Positions 11,884 to 23,849 of a stretch of 32,184 nucleotides of DNA are shown one piece after another. Source of the stretch: Ginglymostoma cirratum. Its lineage: Eukaryota. Position 1 is the stretch's first letter, and each line of letters begins with the position of its first letter. The position numbers and the translations under genes are program-made. The stretch lies in the NCBI GenBank assembly GCA_024137785.1, contig JAHRHZ010000282.1, positions 772,401 to 804,584 of the forward strand, given 5' to 3'. The notes under the pieces are model-generated. The model was given only the letters and a program-made list of their open reading frames with translations, was not told the DNA's origin and did not search any database.

Positions 11884-12207
11884 TGCTGTGAGACTCATAG
11901 CACATTAATAGAGCGTGATATCAGACAGCGGTAGACCCGAGATTGTCAATTGGTACAACTTGTCTGACTGCTGGACTGTATCAAAAAAAACTGTTCTGAG
12001 TGAAATCCACCTTCAATTTCGGACCACCGCTCTTGTACCTCCGGACTGCAAGCTCGGGTTGACAGCATGGGTGCTGATGGGACCAGAATAAGGAATACGC
12101 TTGGTCAGCGTAGGTGCAGTTAAAGTGACATATTCTCCCTCTGTCAGTCTGAGGGAGGGCTCCCGCTGAGAAACAGAAATTCTATCGCCAAGATCCGAAA
12201 CGCAAGG
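11884..12207 (-). pseudogene. TCR V (alpha/delta-like) pseudogene with heptamer remnant
   Basis: Acceptor ctctttcttcag| at 12208. ISVSQREPSLRLTEGEYVT/NCTYADQAYSLFWSHQHPCCQPELAVRRYKSGGPKLKVDFTQNSFF/DTVQQSDKLYQLTISGLPLSDITLY*CAMS, then CACAGCA (11890-11884). No recognisable nonamer. Confidence 0.9.
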
Positions 12208-13074
12208 CTGAAGAAAGAGGAAATCATTTAATAAAACTTAACTTGAATTAGTGTACAAAAAAAGTCTTATTCAGTGTGACATGAGATTATACAGGAATTT
12301 ATACCTCAATATAACATCAGAAGAACTGGTCTATATCCGTGTTATCACTTCAAAGAAGAAATGCCCTTTCGCCTTCTTCTGTTTCTATCTGCATGTCCTT
12401 ATTTCCATCTCGCTTTCACTTATTTACCTGACGCCTCTTTCATGAATCTATGGATTTGATTCAACCGCCCTTGGCGCCAGTGTGTTCCGTCGTCTGAAGC
12501 GTACTTAGGATTCTGTTACTGTTTCTTTTAGTTCTTTTTTTACTCTTACACTTAAGAATCGCAGTTTTTGGAATCTTCCCCAGTCCAAAACATTATCTTT
12601 ACGATTATCCTGCCAAGAAATCTTCATCAGTGTAAACACGATTTTATCGTTACTTGAGGGAAGAAAAATGTCCGTTTATGTAATCTGTTTCAAATGCATT
12701 GTCCCTTAATACTGAGATCATCGCTGTAAATATTTTTGTGCGTTTCGTGTCACTTTCGTATTCTTACATGATGGAGAGAAAATCGGTTCACAATTGCTCA
12801 AATGCAATGCAGCCAAAGTCCGATGTTTGTTGAAAAGAACACTGGTTTGTTTCACTTTCAAAAATACAGAAAATGAACTGCACAATATCAAATAAGACAG
12901 AGGAAAAAAGGGTTCCGGTAATCATTACAGTTGAGCTATTTCAAGAATATGTTCAGGAAGTGGAAGACAAGTTTAAAATAAAAGCCGCACTTAAAATGTT
13001 GCGAGATAGACAGGACTCAGAAGAATGAAATACTGATGTAATCTGTGGGTAATTAATTCACGTTTTTCTTTCTG

Positions 13075-13410
13075 TTCCCTTATGGAATGTAGGCATTGCA
13101 GAAAAAGCCAGCGATAGCTCTTTGTCTGAGTGACTTGCTCAGTTATTTCAAAAGGCTCACGATCTGTTGTTAAATGAATCCCAGAACAGTTAACAGTGGC
13201 AGATTTCCATTCCTATTAGGTTGCAAAGAGCCAATGGGCTTTTACAACAATCGATGACAGTTTCACGACCATCATTACTTGGTCGACTTAATACGAGATT
13301 AACTATGAATGAGTTGACGTTCCAACAACTGCTGTGTACCCAAAACATTAGCCTGGCCTTCTTGATTACTAGACCAACCACAAAACCATGATACAATCCC
13401 TCGTTCCCTT
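13075..13410 (-). mobile_element. Shark-type tRNA-derived SINE, degenerate
   Basis: Reverse-complement similarity to the SINE-like block at 9255-9480 (ggcagatttcc..., ttttacaacaatcgatgacagtttc, attactagacca). Confidence 0.6.
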
Positions 13411-13599
13411 CCCCCCACTTCCTATCCTCAGTCCTCCACTGACTATGCAATTTTTCATGTTATTCTGTAAATGTTTCATTTCTTAATGATGTCTTGGAGA
13501 TTAAAATAAGAAAAGGGACGATTGTCGGGTATAAAATTAAACAGAAATTATTTGAACTGAAGCGAATAATTTATATTTCAGTAAAGAGAAAGAGGTGGT

Positions 13600-14620
13600 C
13601 AGCAGCAATGTTAGCTCACTAAAACAGCAAGTGGGGTTATTGTGTGGAAATGCCAGCATGTTCAGTGATTATTATGTCTCAGTGTTTACAGTAGAAAGAA
13701 GGATAGTTTGCCAGAACTGGCTCAGAAACAAGTACTGAACAAAATTAAAGTAAGCAAAACATTGGAAATGAGGAAATTAATGGAAATACAATGGGTCAAG
13801 TCACCGGGGCCTAATGGACTCCATTCAAATGTGTTAAAGGAAGCAGGGGAGCACATTGTAGGGTCATTAACTAAATATTTAAGGCACGTTCTAAATGGTA
13901 TGAAGTTAAAAACAGTCCATGTACAATGAGACTTACGGCTTAGCTGCACAGATCATTAAAATTTTTGAAAATAATCAAGAGAACTAATGAAATACTGGTC
14001 TTCATATAGGGTGGACTGGATTACAAGGTTGTACTGATATTCTGCAGTTATAGAAAGTCCGGGTTAGCCCATACTTGGAGCATTGTGAGCAGGAAGGGGC
14101 ACCATATCTTTGGAAAGATATATTGGCTTCGGAGGGAGTACAAAGCAGTTTTAGTGGTTAGAAGCTTGAACTTCCTGGTTTAATTTATAAAGTGATATTA
14201 TGTAAATTAGGCCTGTTTCCATACAATTTGGAAGTTTAAGGGATGATCTGATTGAAGTCCAAATGTATTAGTAGGAATAAACAGGTTCTGTAGATAAACT
14301 ATTCCATCTGCTTGGGAGTTCTAAAAAATGGCGGCATCGTACGACAATTAGGGCCAGATATTCAAGAAGAGATGTTTGGAAGCACTTCTACACACATAAA
14401 TTGGTGGATGTTTGGAACTCTCTTTCACAAATGAGATTGAACAAAGGATTAGTTTTTAATTTTAAATACAAGGTAAATGTTTTATTTTAGTGAAACCAAA
14501 GCGTTAAGGGATATTGGCCAAAGGTGGCTACCTGGAGTTACACTACAGATCAGCCACAATCTCATTGAACGATGCTCGAGGAACTGAATTGCCTATTCCC
14601 GTTCCTATTTTCCTATATTC
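13600..14620 (+). mobile_element. Old CR1 LINE fragment, internally deleted
   Basis: KSPGPNGLHSNVLKE motif (13708 ORF), later RPHLEY-like DNA, and a CR1-type tail ending cctattcccgttcctattttcctatattcctt. Confidence 0.75.
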
Positions 14621-14954
14621 CTTAATAAAATGAAGCTGTTTTAGATTAGAGATAGTATGTCATTTCAGTCTTAACAATTAGTGGCTTCAGTTGATGGAGG
14701 CAGAAATGCATTCTTTTTTAGGAAAGGACAAATGCAAACCTTGCATTTATCAGTTCACATACAGATATAATTCGGCATTCACCCAAGCAATAAACCGCGA
14801 ATTCGTCTGTTTGTTTGCTGAACTGTAACTAATATGCATGCTGTGTTTTTATAATGTTTCTGGTGACTCTCTGTTGGGATAAATAAGGACCGATTTCAAT
14901 GTGTCAGAGAAATAAGGTTTGCAGTTTCTGAAGTTGTTTTTGTTCCTGGAAAAG

Positions 14955-15024
14955 ATGCACGGACCAGCGAATGGGCTGTTGTTTGCCATTTGCTACCCCA
15001 TTCTCGCCTTTATTGGTGCACCAG
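14955..15024 (+). CDS. Class A GPCR (GPR139/GPR142-like), coding exon 1
   Basis: ATG..MHGPANGLLFAICYPILAFIGAP+G|GTCAGT, phase 1. It supplies the first half of TM1 and joins exon 2 to give G-A-P-A-N (the TM1 GxxxN motif). Confidence 0.88.
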
Positions 15025-16311
15025 GTCAGTAACTGATCTCAGTAAGTCATTTTATGAATATTTATTAATTTAGTTTCTCCACTTTTAGGATCAATCCGAA
15101 TTTTTTCCAACATTCCGTGCTCTACTATGTGACTAGATGGTACGGTGGCAAGTTATAGAACATTATTTGCACTTGTGGTATGGAACATGAAACGAAATTT
15201 TTCAACGTATTATGCAACATGATTATAAAAATATCGCATATTAGATTGCTGAAATATGAATCATCATGAATGAAATATGCTCAATTCGATTATAATTAGA
15301 TATTATCTCCATGTAGCAAAAAACTCATCTAGCGTGTTTAATGTTTCTTGTTAAGAATAATATTAGTAACATATTGCATGAATATTTAACATGTTGATGT
15401 GGTCAGCGAAATTAATCCTGGAGACTTTTGAATGTGACTGGCAGTGCAAGAACTTCTACAGATTATACTTTTGCTTTGTCCTGATAGGTGTTGTAAATTT
15501 TGCTTTTAATTTTATTAATTAAACTTTTTCATCCTTAGGCGGCTGTTGCTCGTTCTAGCAAGGAGATTAACTTCATAATAGAGTTTGTTTGTATCTTCAG
15601 TTCTTGCCGTATGTTTGGTGGGGATGCCGCTTAGCATGTATTACAAATAAATTTGACTATGAAGTACGGAAGGAGATATCGATTTTGATACCCAGATCCT
15701 TGATCTAAGAGATATTATAAAGTATGTCCCGAAATAGACTGGCGGGCGAGAGTAGTTGAGGAAGTGAATAATGGAGATCTGAACTTCTACATGTAAATTC
15801 ACAACTGCTGCTGAGTTAAGTATTGGTATCATACCAGAATTACAGTTACAGTGATCACAGATGGCTGTACAATTTTACGGATGATAGTGGGAAGATTGCA
15901 CCATTATTTCAAAATCAGGATGCATGAGACTATTATAACCCTGAAGTTGCTGGATGAAATGCCAATGTAGACCAGGAAGTATTGATGTCATGAATGTACG
16001 AGACTTGTTATGAATAACAGATCAGACAGCAAATGGCTCAAATGTGTTTAGATTGGGTAGGAAGCTGTTCGTGTCGTCTCAGTGGTCATATAAATGCGTT
16101 TGTCTCTGGAAGGGTTGGGGATTTCTCATCTGTGGAGAAATGTTTGCTCCCAACATTGGCTCCAGAGCAACTACCAAAGGCTTTGGAATAGTTAATCCGT
16201 GGAGATACCACTGGATGCATCTGGAGGGGTTCTGCAATAAGATTTCATGAGGCTGTAGCTTGTGTTTCGAATTCACCTTATGATATATTCCTCCCTTGTT
16301 ATCTTTCACAG

Positions 16312-17213
16312 CCAACTTGTTAGCGATTATAATTCTATCCAAAGGGCAGTGCGGGCTCTCGGAGTGCATCACTTACTACCTGGTGGCCATAGCAGTGAGT
16401 GATTTCCTTGTCATCATCACAGGTGGGATTCTTAACAGAATTGGTCGTATTTATTTTAGCTACAATATTCTTTCCACTACCCCTAGCTGCAGTCTAAATG
16501 CGGTGCTGGTGTATGCAGCCCGGGATTGCTCTGTCTGGCTGACAGTAGCCTTCACAACTGACCGTTTTGTGGCCATCTGTTGCCAGAGATTGAAGAACCT
16601 ATACTGTACTAAGAAATTTGCATCGCTGGTCTTAGGAGTAGCCTGTGCCCTAAGCTGTGTCAAGAACACCCCTTTCTATTTCATTTATCAGCCCATGTTT
16701 TTCCTCGAAGGGATGCCCTGGTTCTGTGATATCAAGCCCACGTTCCACACTTCACCTGCCTGGCAGGCTTTGCACTGGCTCGACCGAGTCTTAGCCCCAT
16801 TTCTCCCATTCCTTCTCATTCTTATGCTCAATGCTCTGACAGTCAGACACATTGTATTGGCCAGCAGAGCACGCAAGAGGCTCCGAGGTACTGAGAATTG
16901 TGAAGATCCAGAGATTGCAAACCGCAAGAGGTCCATAGCCCTGCTCTTTGCAATCTCTCTCAGCTTCCTCCTCCTGTGGGCCACCTATATTGGTCGCTTC
17001 CTCTATCGATTGCTGGCACATGAGGGGTACATCAGCAGCCTGAACTTCAAAGATCCACAGTACATCCTTCAAGAAACAACCAACATGCTCCAGATAATCA
17101 GTTCCTGCAACAATGTCTTCATCTATGCGGTAACTCAGAAAAAGTTTCGAGAGGAGCTAAAAAGAGTGCTGATGTGTCCTTTCACCACTCTAACTGGATG
17201 CTTCAAATGTTAA
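16312..17213 (+). CDS. Class A (rhodopsin-family) GPCR, GPR139/GPR142-like, coding exon 2 (spliced protein 323 aa)
   Basis: Acceptor atctttcacag| at 16311, then an uninterrupted ORF. Motifs: TM2 AIAVSD, TM3 Cys and SVWLTVAFTTDRFVAIC, ECL2 WFC, TM5 LPF..LN, TM6 FLLLW, TM7 NVFIY, helix 8 KFREEL. SVW.T...T.DR and a Pro-less NxxxY are GPR139/142-type features. Confidence 0.93.
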
Positions 17214-17729
17214 AAAAAAACACCAAATCACCATACCGAATCTACTGATGACCATCAGTGTCAGTGTGCCCGAGAATATAACACTTTCATTTTACAAGTA
17301 GTAAGTAGTAGATTTAAACCGCAAGAGTAGAGAAATATAAGATAAAAACTCTCAAGGCGCGTCAGTGCACTAAACAAAATGCTGAAGAAATTCTGAATGA
17401 CCAGAGTTCATGCTTTTCTGGGTGGAACTTCTGTCCAACTTCTGAATGGAACATAAAATGCACCTCGTCGTTTCATTAAATAATAACACGAGTTATCTCC
17501 ATAGTTCTGAGTCAATATTTATCCTTCATGTAGAAAGCAGGGACAGGGCACTGAGCAGATTAGAAGAGATATAGCCTATTTTCCCCTCATGTTTTGTATG
17601 TTTCTGTGTTAACAGTAAACAAAAAATCTGATTTCTGCTTATTTTTGTGATTACTGTTCTGAAGTACTGGACTTTACCTCTGCACGGCTGATGCCACTTT
17701 TTTTTTGCATCACAGTAGGAATGTGTATA

Positions 17730-17810
17730 ATTTCTTTCTTCCTTCCTTCCTTCCTTTCTTTCTTTCTTTCTTTCTTTCTTCCTTTCTTTCTTCCTTTCTT
17801 TTTCTTTATT
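17730..17810. repeat. (TTTC/TTCC)n microsatellite
   Basis: Directly visible. Confidence 0.95.
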
Positions 17811-17811
17811 T

Positions 17812-18205
17812 TTGTTGCAGACCCGAGATCGTTAAACAGGTGTATTTTCTTGAGATCTCAGCAGAGAAACGGATTTTAGAAAATTCTGCTTTCGTGCACC
17901 ACCGTTCGAGCATTCAGAGAATACAAACTCAGACTGTGAGCCGTTGCTCATACCATGGGACATAATAGCTAATCCATGTAGTTTCGAAGGCACAGGTTAA
18001 AGTTAGTATTTGTTTTGTCTTAACATCTGAGGCTGAGTGACGGAAATTCCATGCTCAGATTTGAAAATGTTTAATCGGAAAAATATCAGATAGACTGGTG
18101 TTCAAAATTTAAATTAAAACATTGTTCAATTTGAAACGTGTTTTGTCTGTAATTACCTGTCAGAAATGCTCCCCTGACAAGTCAGACACTGGTCAGTTGC
18201 AGCCT
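17812..18205 (-). pseudogene. TCR V pseudogene with leader exon (18205-18157) and V exon (~18061-17812), 3'-truncated
   Basis: Leader (AGG for ATG)LQLTSV*LVRGAFLT+G|GTAATT; ~95-nt intron; SEHGISVTQPQ/ILTLTCAFETTWISYYVPWYEQR/SQSEFVFSECSNGGA/KAEFSKIRFSAEISRKYTCLTISGLQ, then the microsatellite. Confidence 0.88.
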
Positions 18206-19774
18206 TGATCTCTAATTTATGGAGGTGGAGGTGGAAATGTTAACAAGCTCGTTCTGTTCCCCAACCTCACCAACCTGCTGTTGTATGTTAGCTTGATCTG
18301 ACTTCCACTCCTCGTGCTCCCAATAGCACTATGAGACCAGTTCCAGTCAGCTGACAACCAGTGAATGGAAACACCTTGAGACAGATACAGACAGTGTCCT
18401 TATAAAAAGAATTGTTTCATTGTCGAACACGTCGAAGCCTTTATCAATCTACAAACAGAAAAATGGTCTTATCAACAGTTTCTTTTTTAAATTCAGGCAT
18501 TAATGCTATTTCTCCTTTTCAAATGTCATCTGAAAGTTCAGAGCATTGAAAGTCAGAGATCTTCCAACACCACTTCAGTTTCGTTGAATAAAGCAAATTT
18601 CTCCATTGGTGGGAGCAGCTATAGTAGACAAATTATAATCACGTTAATAGCAAGGTTAAATAGAAAACGCCATTCAAAACTTTAGAGTAGATTGGATTTA
18701 ATTAAATGAGGGTGCATATTTACATTGTTTGCAAGTGTCGGCAGTTAACAGTTGTCATCTCACTGCAGCTTTGTGATTTCATACTGCTAAAACCGTGTTC
18801 CGTCCAACTAGTTTGACTTATCTTCTCATTTTAATGCCTCTCTGTATTAGAATATATAGAAACTGTGACAACAAGGCCAATGTGACATAATGATACATCA
18901 ACATCCTTCGTTCATTTGAGGATTCGATGATATTTCAGCAATTGGACGTGGATTTCAGATCATCAGCAGATAGAGCTCTCACATTGCTGTATGCAGTCTG
19001 CAAGTTGCACGGTTATGGTGAGCCCATGTTCTTCTAGGAGGACTAGTGGCTCCCAAAACTCACCCGATTCGTGCCACATGCTCTGATATATTCATGTATT
19101 TTCTACCCCTTCAAGGAGCCCTTGCTTCGACTGTTATTTCTTTACTTCTTCCACTTTCTTTCTCATTGTCTGTTCATTTCTTACAGTTTGTTTCTCAATC
19201 TGTACTACCTGCAAGCTTCTTCTTTCATTTTATCTTTATGTAATGAGCTCAGTCATTCTGTATTCATTTATTAACCTCTGTGTCGAAATATCTACGTCAT
19301 TTGAATTACTCTTTGTATCAATGTTAACGCCTCAGCATCTTGTGTGAAATATGCCTTAATTGCTCTCAAGATCTTTCTCTCTCATTCACTCCATGTTTCT
19401 TTGTTCTTAATTTATTTTCCTCCATTTGTTAATTGTCTTCGTTTTCGTGTTGCTGCCGTTGACTCCTTGATGTATGTTCACTTAATACCCTCCCCATCTG
19501 TGTCAGTCTCATTTAAATCATTGCCTCTTCCACAGCACATGCCTGGGTCTTTACCAAATTGTCTTTCCGTATGCCTCTTCATCTCTAAATACGTATACAC
19601 CCGGTTCTTCCCGAAGGACTAATTCAAGACACAAATGTGCTTGGTTCTGCGTTCGTCTATGGTAATTTTTCATTTCATTGAATATATGCAAATGTTATTC
19701 TTCAATCCACTTCCAGGAGAATATACTTGGTTCAGCGCCAGTTACAGATTTTAGATTGCGAGTTTTCTTATTCT

Positions 19775-20010
19775 GTCGTGGAACATAGGCATCGCTGGCT
19801 GGGATCACAATTATTGCCATCCAGAGCTGCTGTCAAGAAGCTGGTGTTAAGCTGTCTTCTGGAAGCGCTCCATCCCGTGTGATCTAATTTAACCAACAAA
19901 ACCGTTAGGGAAGCATCCCCCGATGTTAGTAAGAAAGATTTTGTCCGGCCACCCTTGTCATTTCTGGTACCCATATCAATGTCAGGTGGTCCTGCCAGTT
20001 TTATTTCTGA
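19775..20010 (-). mobile_element. Internally deleted LINE (5' and 3' ends of the 9255-9862 family juxtaposed)
   Basis: 19905-20010 is reverse-similar to 9530-9640 (ORF shows KLAGPPDID vs KLDGPPGID). 19780-19900 resembles the 3'-end family. Confidence 0.6.
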
Positions 20011-20531
20011 GATTAACCAATATTCTGCAATTGAAGGCACGATTACCCCTCACAATGGATCTCACGCACTCTTACATTTATATCAATGATCAATTACGAA
20101 CATTATTCATTTCCTGGGCTGTAAGGAAACACAGCAAAACAGCTGCACTAAAATCAACTCAGACCCATCAGATCCAAAACATTTCTAGTCTATGTGTCCG
20201 TACAACGTTCCATCACATTTAGGAGCGTGAAATGTCAGTATTTGTATGCGTCTGAATTTGACCCCAGGTCCCAGTCATGAGGTCTAGTGATCAGCGTGGA
20301 TTGTTTGCTTGTTGAAGGCACGTAATACATTCAACAGAAAATAATGCCTGGATTGTACATCCCAAAAACACCCAATGAAACCAATCCTCCAGTGGTACTC
20401 CTGATCACCGAGCGGAGATACTAGGAAAATGCAATGAATTGAATTGGTATGTTCACAGGTTTAATTTTAGGTCAACATCTGTTGGATAAAAACTTCCAGT
20501 ATTAAAATATATTTCTGCACTTTTCCTATCG

Positions 20532-20806
20532 AAATGTGTGCGTCAAGATATTGTGATCAGCCAATCGCATCAGTCATTACTCCAAGCGGGAGAATCTACT
20601 GAAATGAAAGAATATAGAATCTTCGGAGACTCTGTGACAATCCGCCGTTCTAACTGGAACTACAAAAGCAAATTTTTCGTGTTGGTAATGCCACAGACGA
20701 ACAATTCAAACGTTTTATCCACACAACAAGAGGTTATAACGACCTTCAAAGGGATATCACTAAGTAATTGCTGCAGAAATGTGTACATGTGCAGTAAGGC
20801 ACAATA
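20532..20806 (+). pseudogene. Possible highly degenerate V relic
   Basis: QDIVISQSHQSLLQAGESTEM (FR1-like) ... KGISLSN...VY/TGT GCA GTA AGG (CAVR) followed by heptamer-like CACAATA. No Cys23, clear WYxQ or nonamer. Confidence 0.35.
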
Positions 20807-20989
20807 ATAAATTCTCTCTGCACTCCACACCAGCCTCTGTGATTTCCTCAAGATGCTTACCCCTTCGTGAACGACATTTAGCAGCGTAGGTTTCAGTATG
20901 ACGTCCAAATGCCTATTAAGACCTCACCGCTATAGATATTTCTTTGTGTTATTAAGATGTTAATCCTTAGCATTTGACGATTGGGCGGG

Positions 20990-23682
20990 AGAATTTTCAT
21001 CAAGTTAGATGTTCAAATCAAATGTTCCAGTGTTTCGATGTTTCAAAAGAAATAGGGAAGGTGGTAAAAGAGGTGAGGGAGTGGCTTTGTTCGTCAGGGA
21101 TGGCATCACAGCTGCAGAAAGGGAGGTATGGGTAGAAGTCAGAAACAGGAAAGGAGCAGTCACTTTATTGGGAGTTTTGTACAGACCCCACAATATCAAC
21201 AGAGACACTGAGGAACAGACTGGGAGGCAGATTTTGGAAAGGTGCAGAAGTAATAGCATTGTTGTCATGGGTGACTTCAACTTCCCTCGTGTAGACTGGA
21301 ACATCTTTAGTGAAAATAGTTTGGATGGACCACTATTTGTCAGGTGGATCAAGGAAGGATTTCTATCTCAAAATATAGATAGACCGACTAGAGGGGAGTC
21401 CATATTGGATTTGGTGCTTGGCAAAGAACCAGACTAGGTGTCAGATCTCTCGGTGGGAGAGCATTTCGACAATAGTGACCACAACTCCCTGAACCTTTAC
21501 TAAAGTCATGGAAATGGATAGGGTCAGACGATATGGGAAAGTATTTAATTAGTGGAGGGGGAATTAAAATGTTATGAGGCAAGAACTTCGAAGCGTAAAT
21601 TGGGAACAGATTTTCTCAGGGAAATGCACGAAAGAGATGTAGAGGTTGTTGAGGGAGCAAATGCTACGAGTACTGGATGGGTTTCTCTCACTGGGGCAAG
21701 GAAGGGGTGGTAAGGTGAAGGAACCTTGGATGACAAGACATGCGGAACATCTAGTCAACAGGAAGAAGAAAGCTTGCTTAAGGTTGATGAATTAAGGATC
21801 AGCCAGTGTTCTAGAGAGCTACAAGGTAGCCAGGAAGGAACTGAAGAATGGACTTAGGAGAGCTAGAAGAGGGGTATGATAAAGCCTTGGCGGGTAGCAT
21901 GAAGGAAAAGCCCAAGGGGCTTGTTTTTTTACTTATGTGAAGAACAAGAGGATGGCCAGAGTGACGGTAGGGCCCATCAGAGACAGTGGAGGGAACTTGT
22001 GTGTGGAGTCGGAGGAGGTAGGGGAGGTCCTTAACGAATACTTTGATTCAGTATTCACCCATGAAAGGGACCTTCACGGATGTGAGGACAGCGTGAAACA
22101 GGCTAATATGCTCGAACAGGTTGATGTTTAGAAATTTTGAAAAACATGAGGATAGATGAGTCCCCTGGGCCAGACGGGATATACCAAAAGGTTACTACGG
22201 GAAGAAAGGGAGGAGATTGCTGCGCCTTTGGCGATGATCTTTGCGTCCTCGCTGTTCTCTGGAGTAGTACCAGATGATTGGAGGTTGGCAAATGTTATTC
22301 CCTTGCTCTAGAAAGGGAATATGGATAATCCTGGGAATTACAGACCAGTGAGTCTTACTTCTGTAGTGGGCAAATTATTGGAGAGGATTCTGAGATATAA
22401 TATTTATGACTATTTGGAAAAGCACAGTTTGATTAGAAATAGTCAGTATGGCTTTGTGAGGGGCTGGTCATGACTCACAAGCCTTATTGAATTCTTTGAG
22501 GATGTGACAAAACACATTGATAAAAGTCGAGCAGTGGATGTGGTGTATCTGGATGTTAGATTCATTCAGAAAGTATGGAGGCATGGGAGTCAGGGAAATT
22601 TGGCTGTCTGGATGCAGGATTGGCAGTCCAATAGAAGACAGAGGGTGTTAGGAGATGGAAAGTATTCAGTCTGGAGCTCGGCGACCAGTGGTGTTTTGCA
22701 GGGATCTGTCCTGGGATCCCTGCTCTTTGTGATCTTTATAAATGACTTGGATAAGGAAGTGGAATGGGGGGTTAGGAAGTTTGCCGATGACATGAAGTTT
22801 GGTGAAGTTGTGGGTAGTGTGGACGGCTGTTGGCATTTGCAATGGGACATTGACAGGATGCAGAGCTGGGCAAAGAAGGTGCAGATGGAATTCTAACCGG
22901 TAAAGTCTGAAGTGATTTATTCTGGAAGGTCGAATTTGAATGCAGAATACAGCGTTAATGGCAGGATTCTTGGCGGTGTGGAGGAACAGCGGCATCTTGG
23001 GGTCCACGTCCATTGATTCCTCAAAGTTGCTACCGAAGTTGATAAAGTTGTTAAGAAGGCTTATGGTGTGTTGGCTTTCATTGGCAGGGGAATTGAGTTT
23101 AGGAGCCGTGAGGTTATGCTGCAGTTCTATATAGCCCTGGTTAGAACATCCTTGGAATATTGTGTTCAATTCTAGTCGCCTCATTATAGGAAGGATGTGG
23201 AAACTTTAGAGAGGGTGCAAAGGAAATTTACCAGGATGATGCCTGGACTGGAGGGCAGGTCTTACGAGGATAGGTTGAGGGAGCTAGGGCTTTTCTCATT
23301 GGAGCAAAGAAGGATGAGAAGTGACTTGATAAATGTGTGCAAGGTGATGAGAGGCGTTGATAGAGTGGAGACACAGAGGGTTTTTTCCCCCCAGGGCAGA
23401 AATGATTATTACGAGGGGACATAATTTTAAGATGATTGGAGGAAGATAAAGAGGAGATGTCTGAGGTAGGTTCTTTAGATCGATAGTGGTGCGTGAGTGG
23501 AATGTGCTGCCAGCGGTGGTAGTGGAGTCAGATACATTACGGACATTTAAGCTACCCTTGGATAGGCACGTGGATGATAGTAAAATGTAGGGTATGCAGG
23601 GTAGTTTGATCTCAGAGTAGGATAATAGGTCGGCACAATATCGTGGGCCGAAGGGCCTGTACTGTGCTATACTGTTCTATGT
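20990..23682 (+). mobile_element. CR1-clade LINE, most of ORF2 (endonuclease + RT), inactivated
   Basis: Endonuclease motifs GEGVALFVR, LYRP, MGDFNFPRVDW, PTRGESILDLVL. RT motifs SPGPDG, PGNYRPVSLTS, QGSVLGSLLFVIFINDLD, KFADD, LERVQRKFTRM. Tail ...ctgttctatgt. Many stops. Confidence 0.96.
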
Positions 23683-23849
23683 AAAGTATTATCGGGCGTT
23701 TGATCCAGGTCTGAGCCTATTCCACTGCTTGAGGAGTCGCTCCAGTAAAAAAATAGATCAACAGCAATGCACTACTGAATGCTGACTTTCAGCCAGTTTT
23801 GCTAGTTCCTCATACAGTGGTCGCTGCAAGTAATTGTGTAGGTGAAGAA

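Noticed and set aside
15641-15890. V-like words in the GPCR intron, minus strand (KIVQPSV, FWY)
   Set aside because: Spacing is incompatible with a V domain and there is no RSS.
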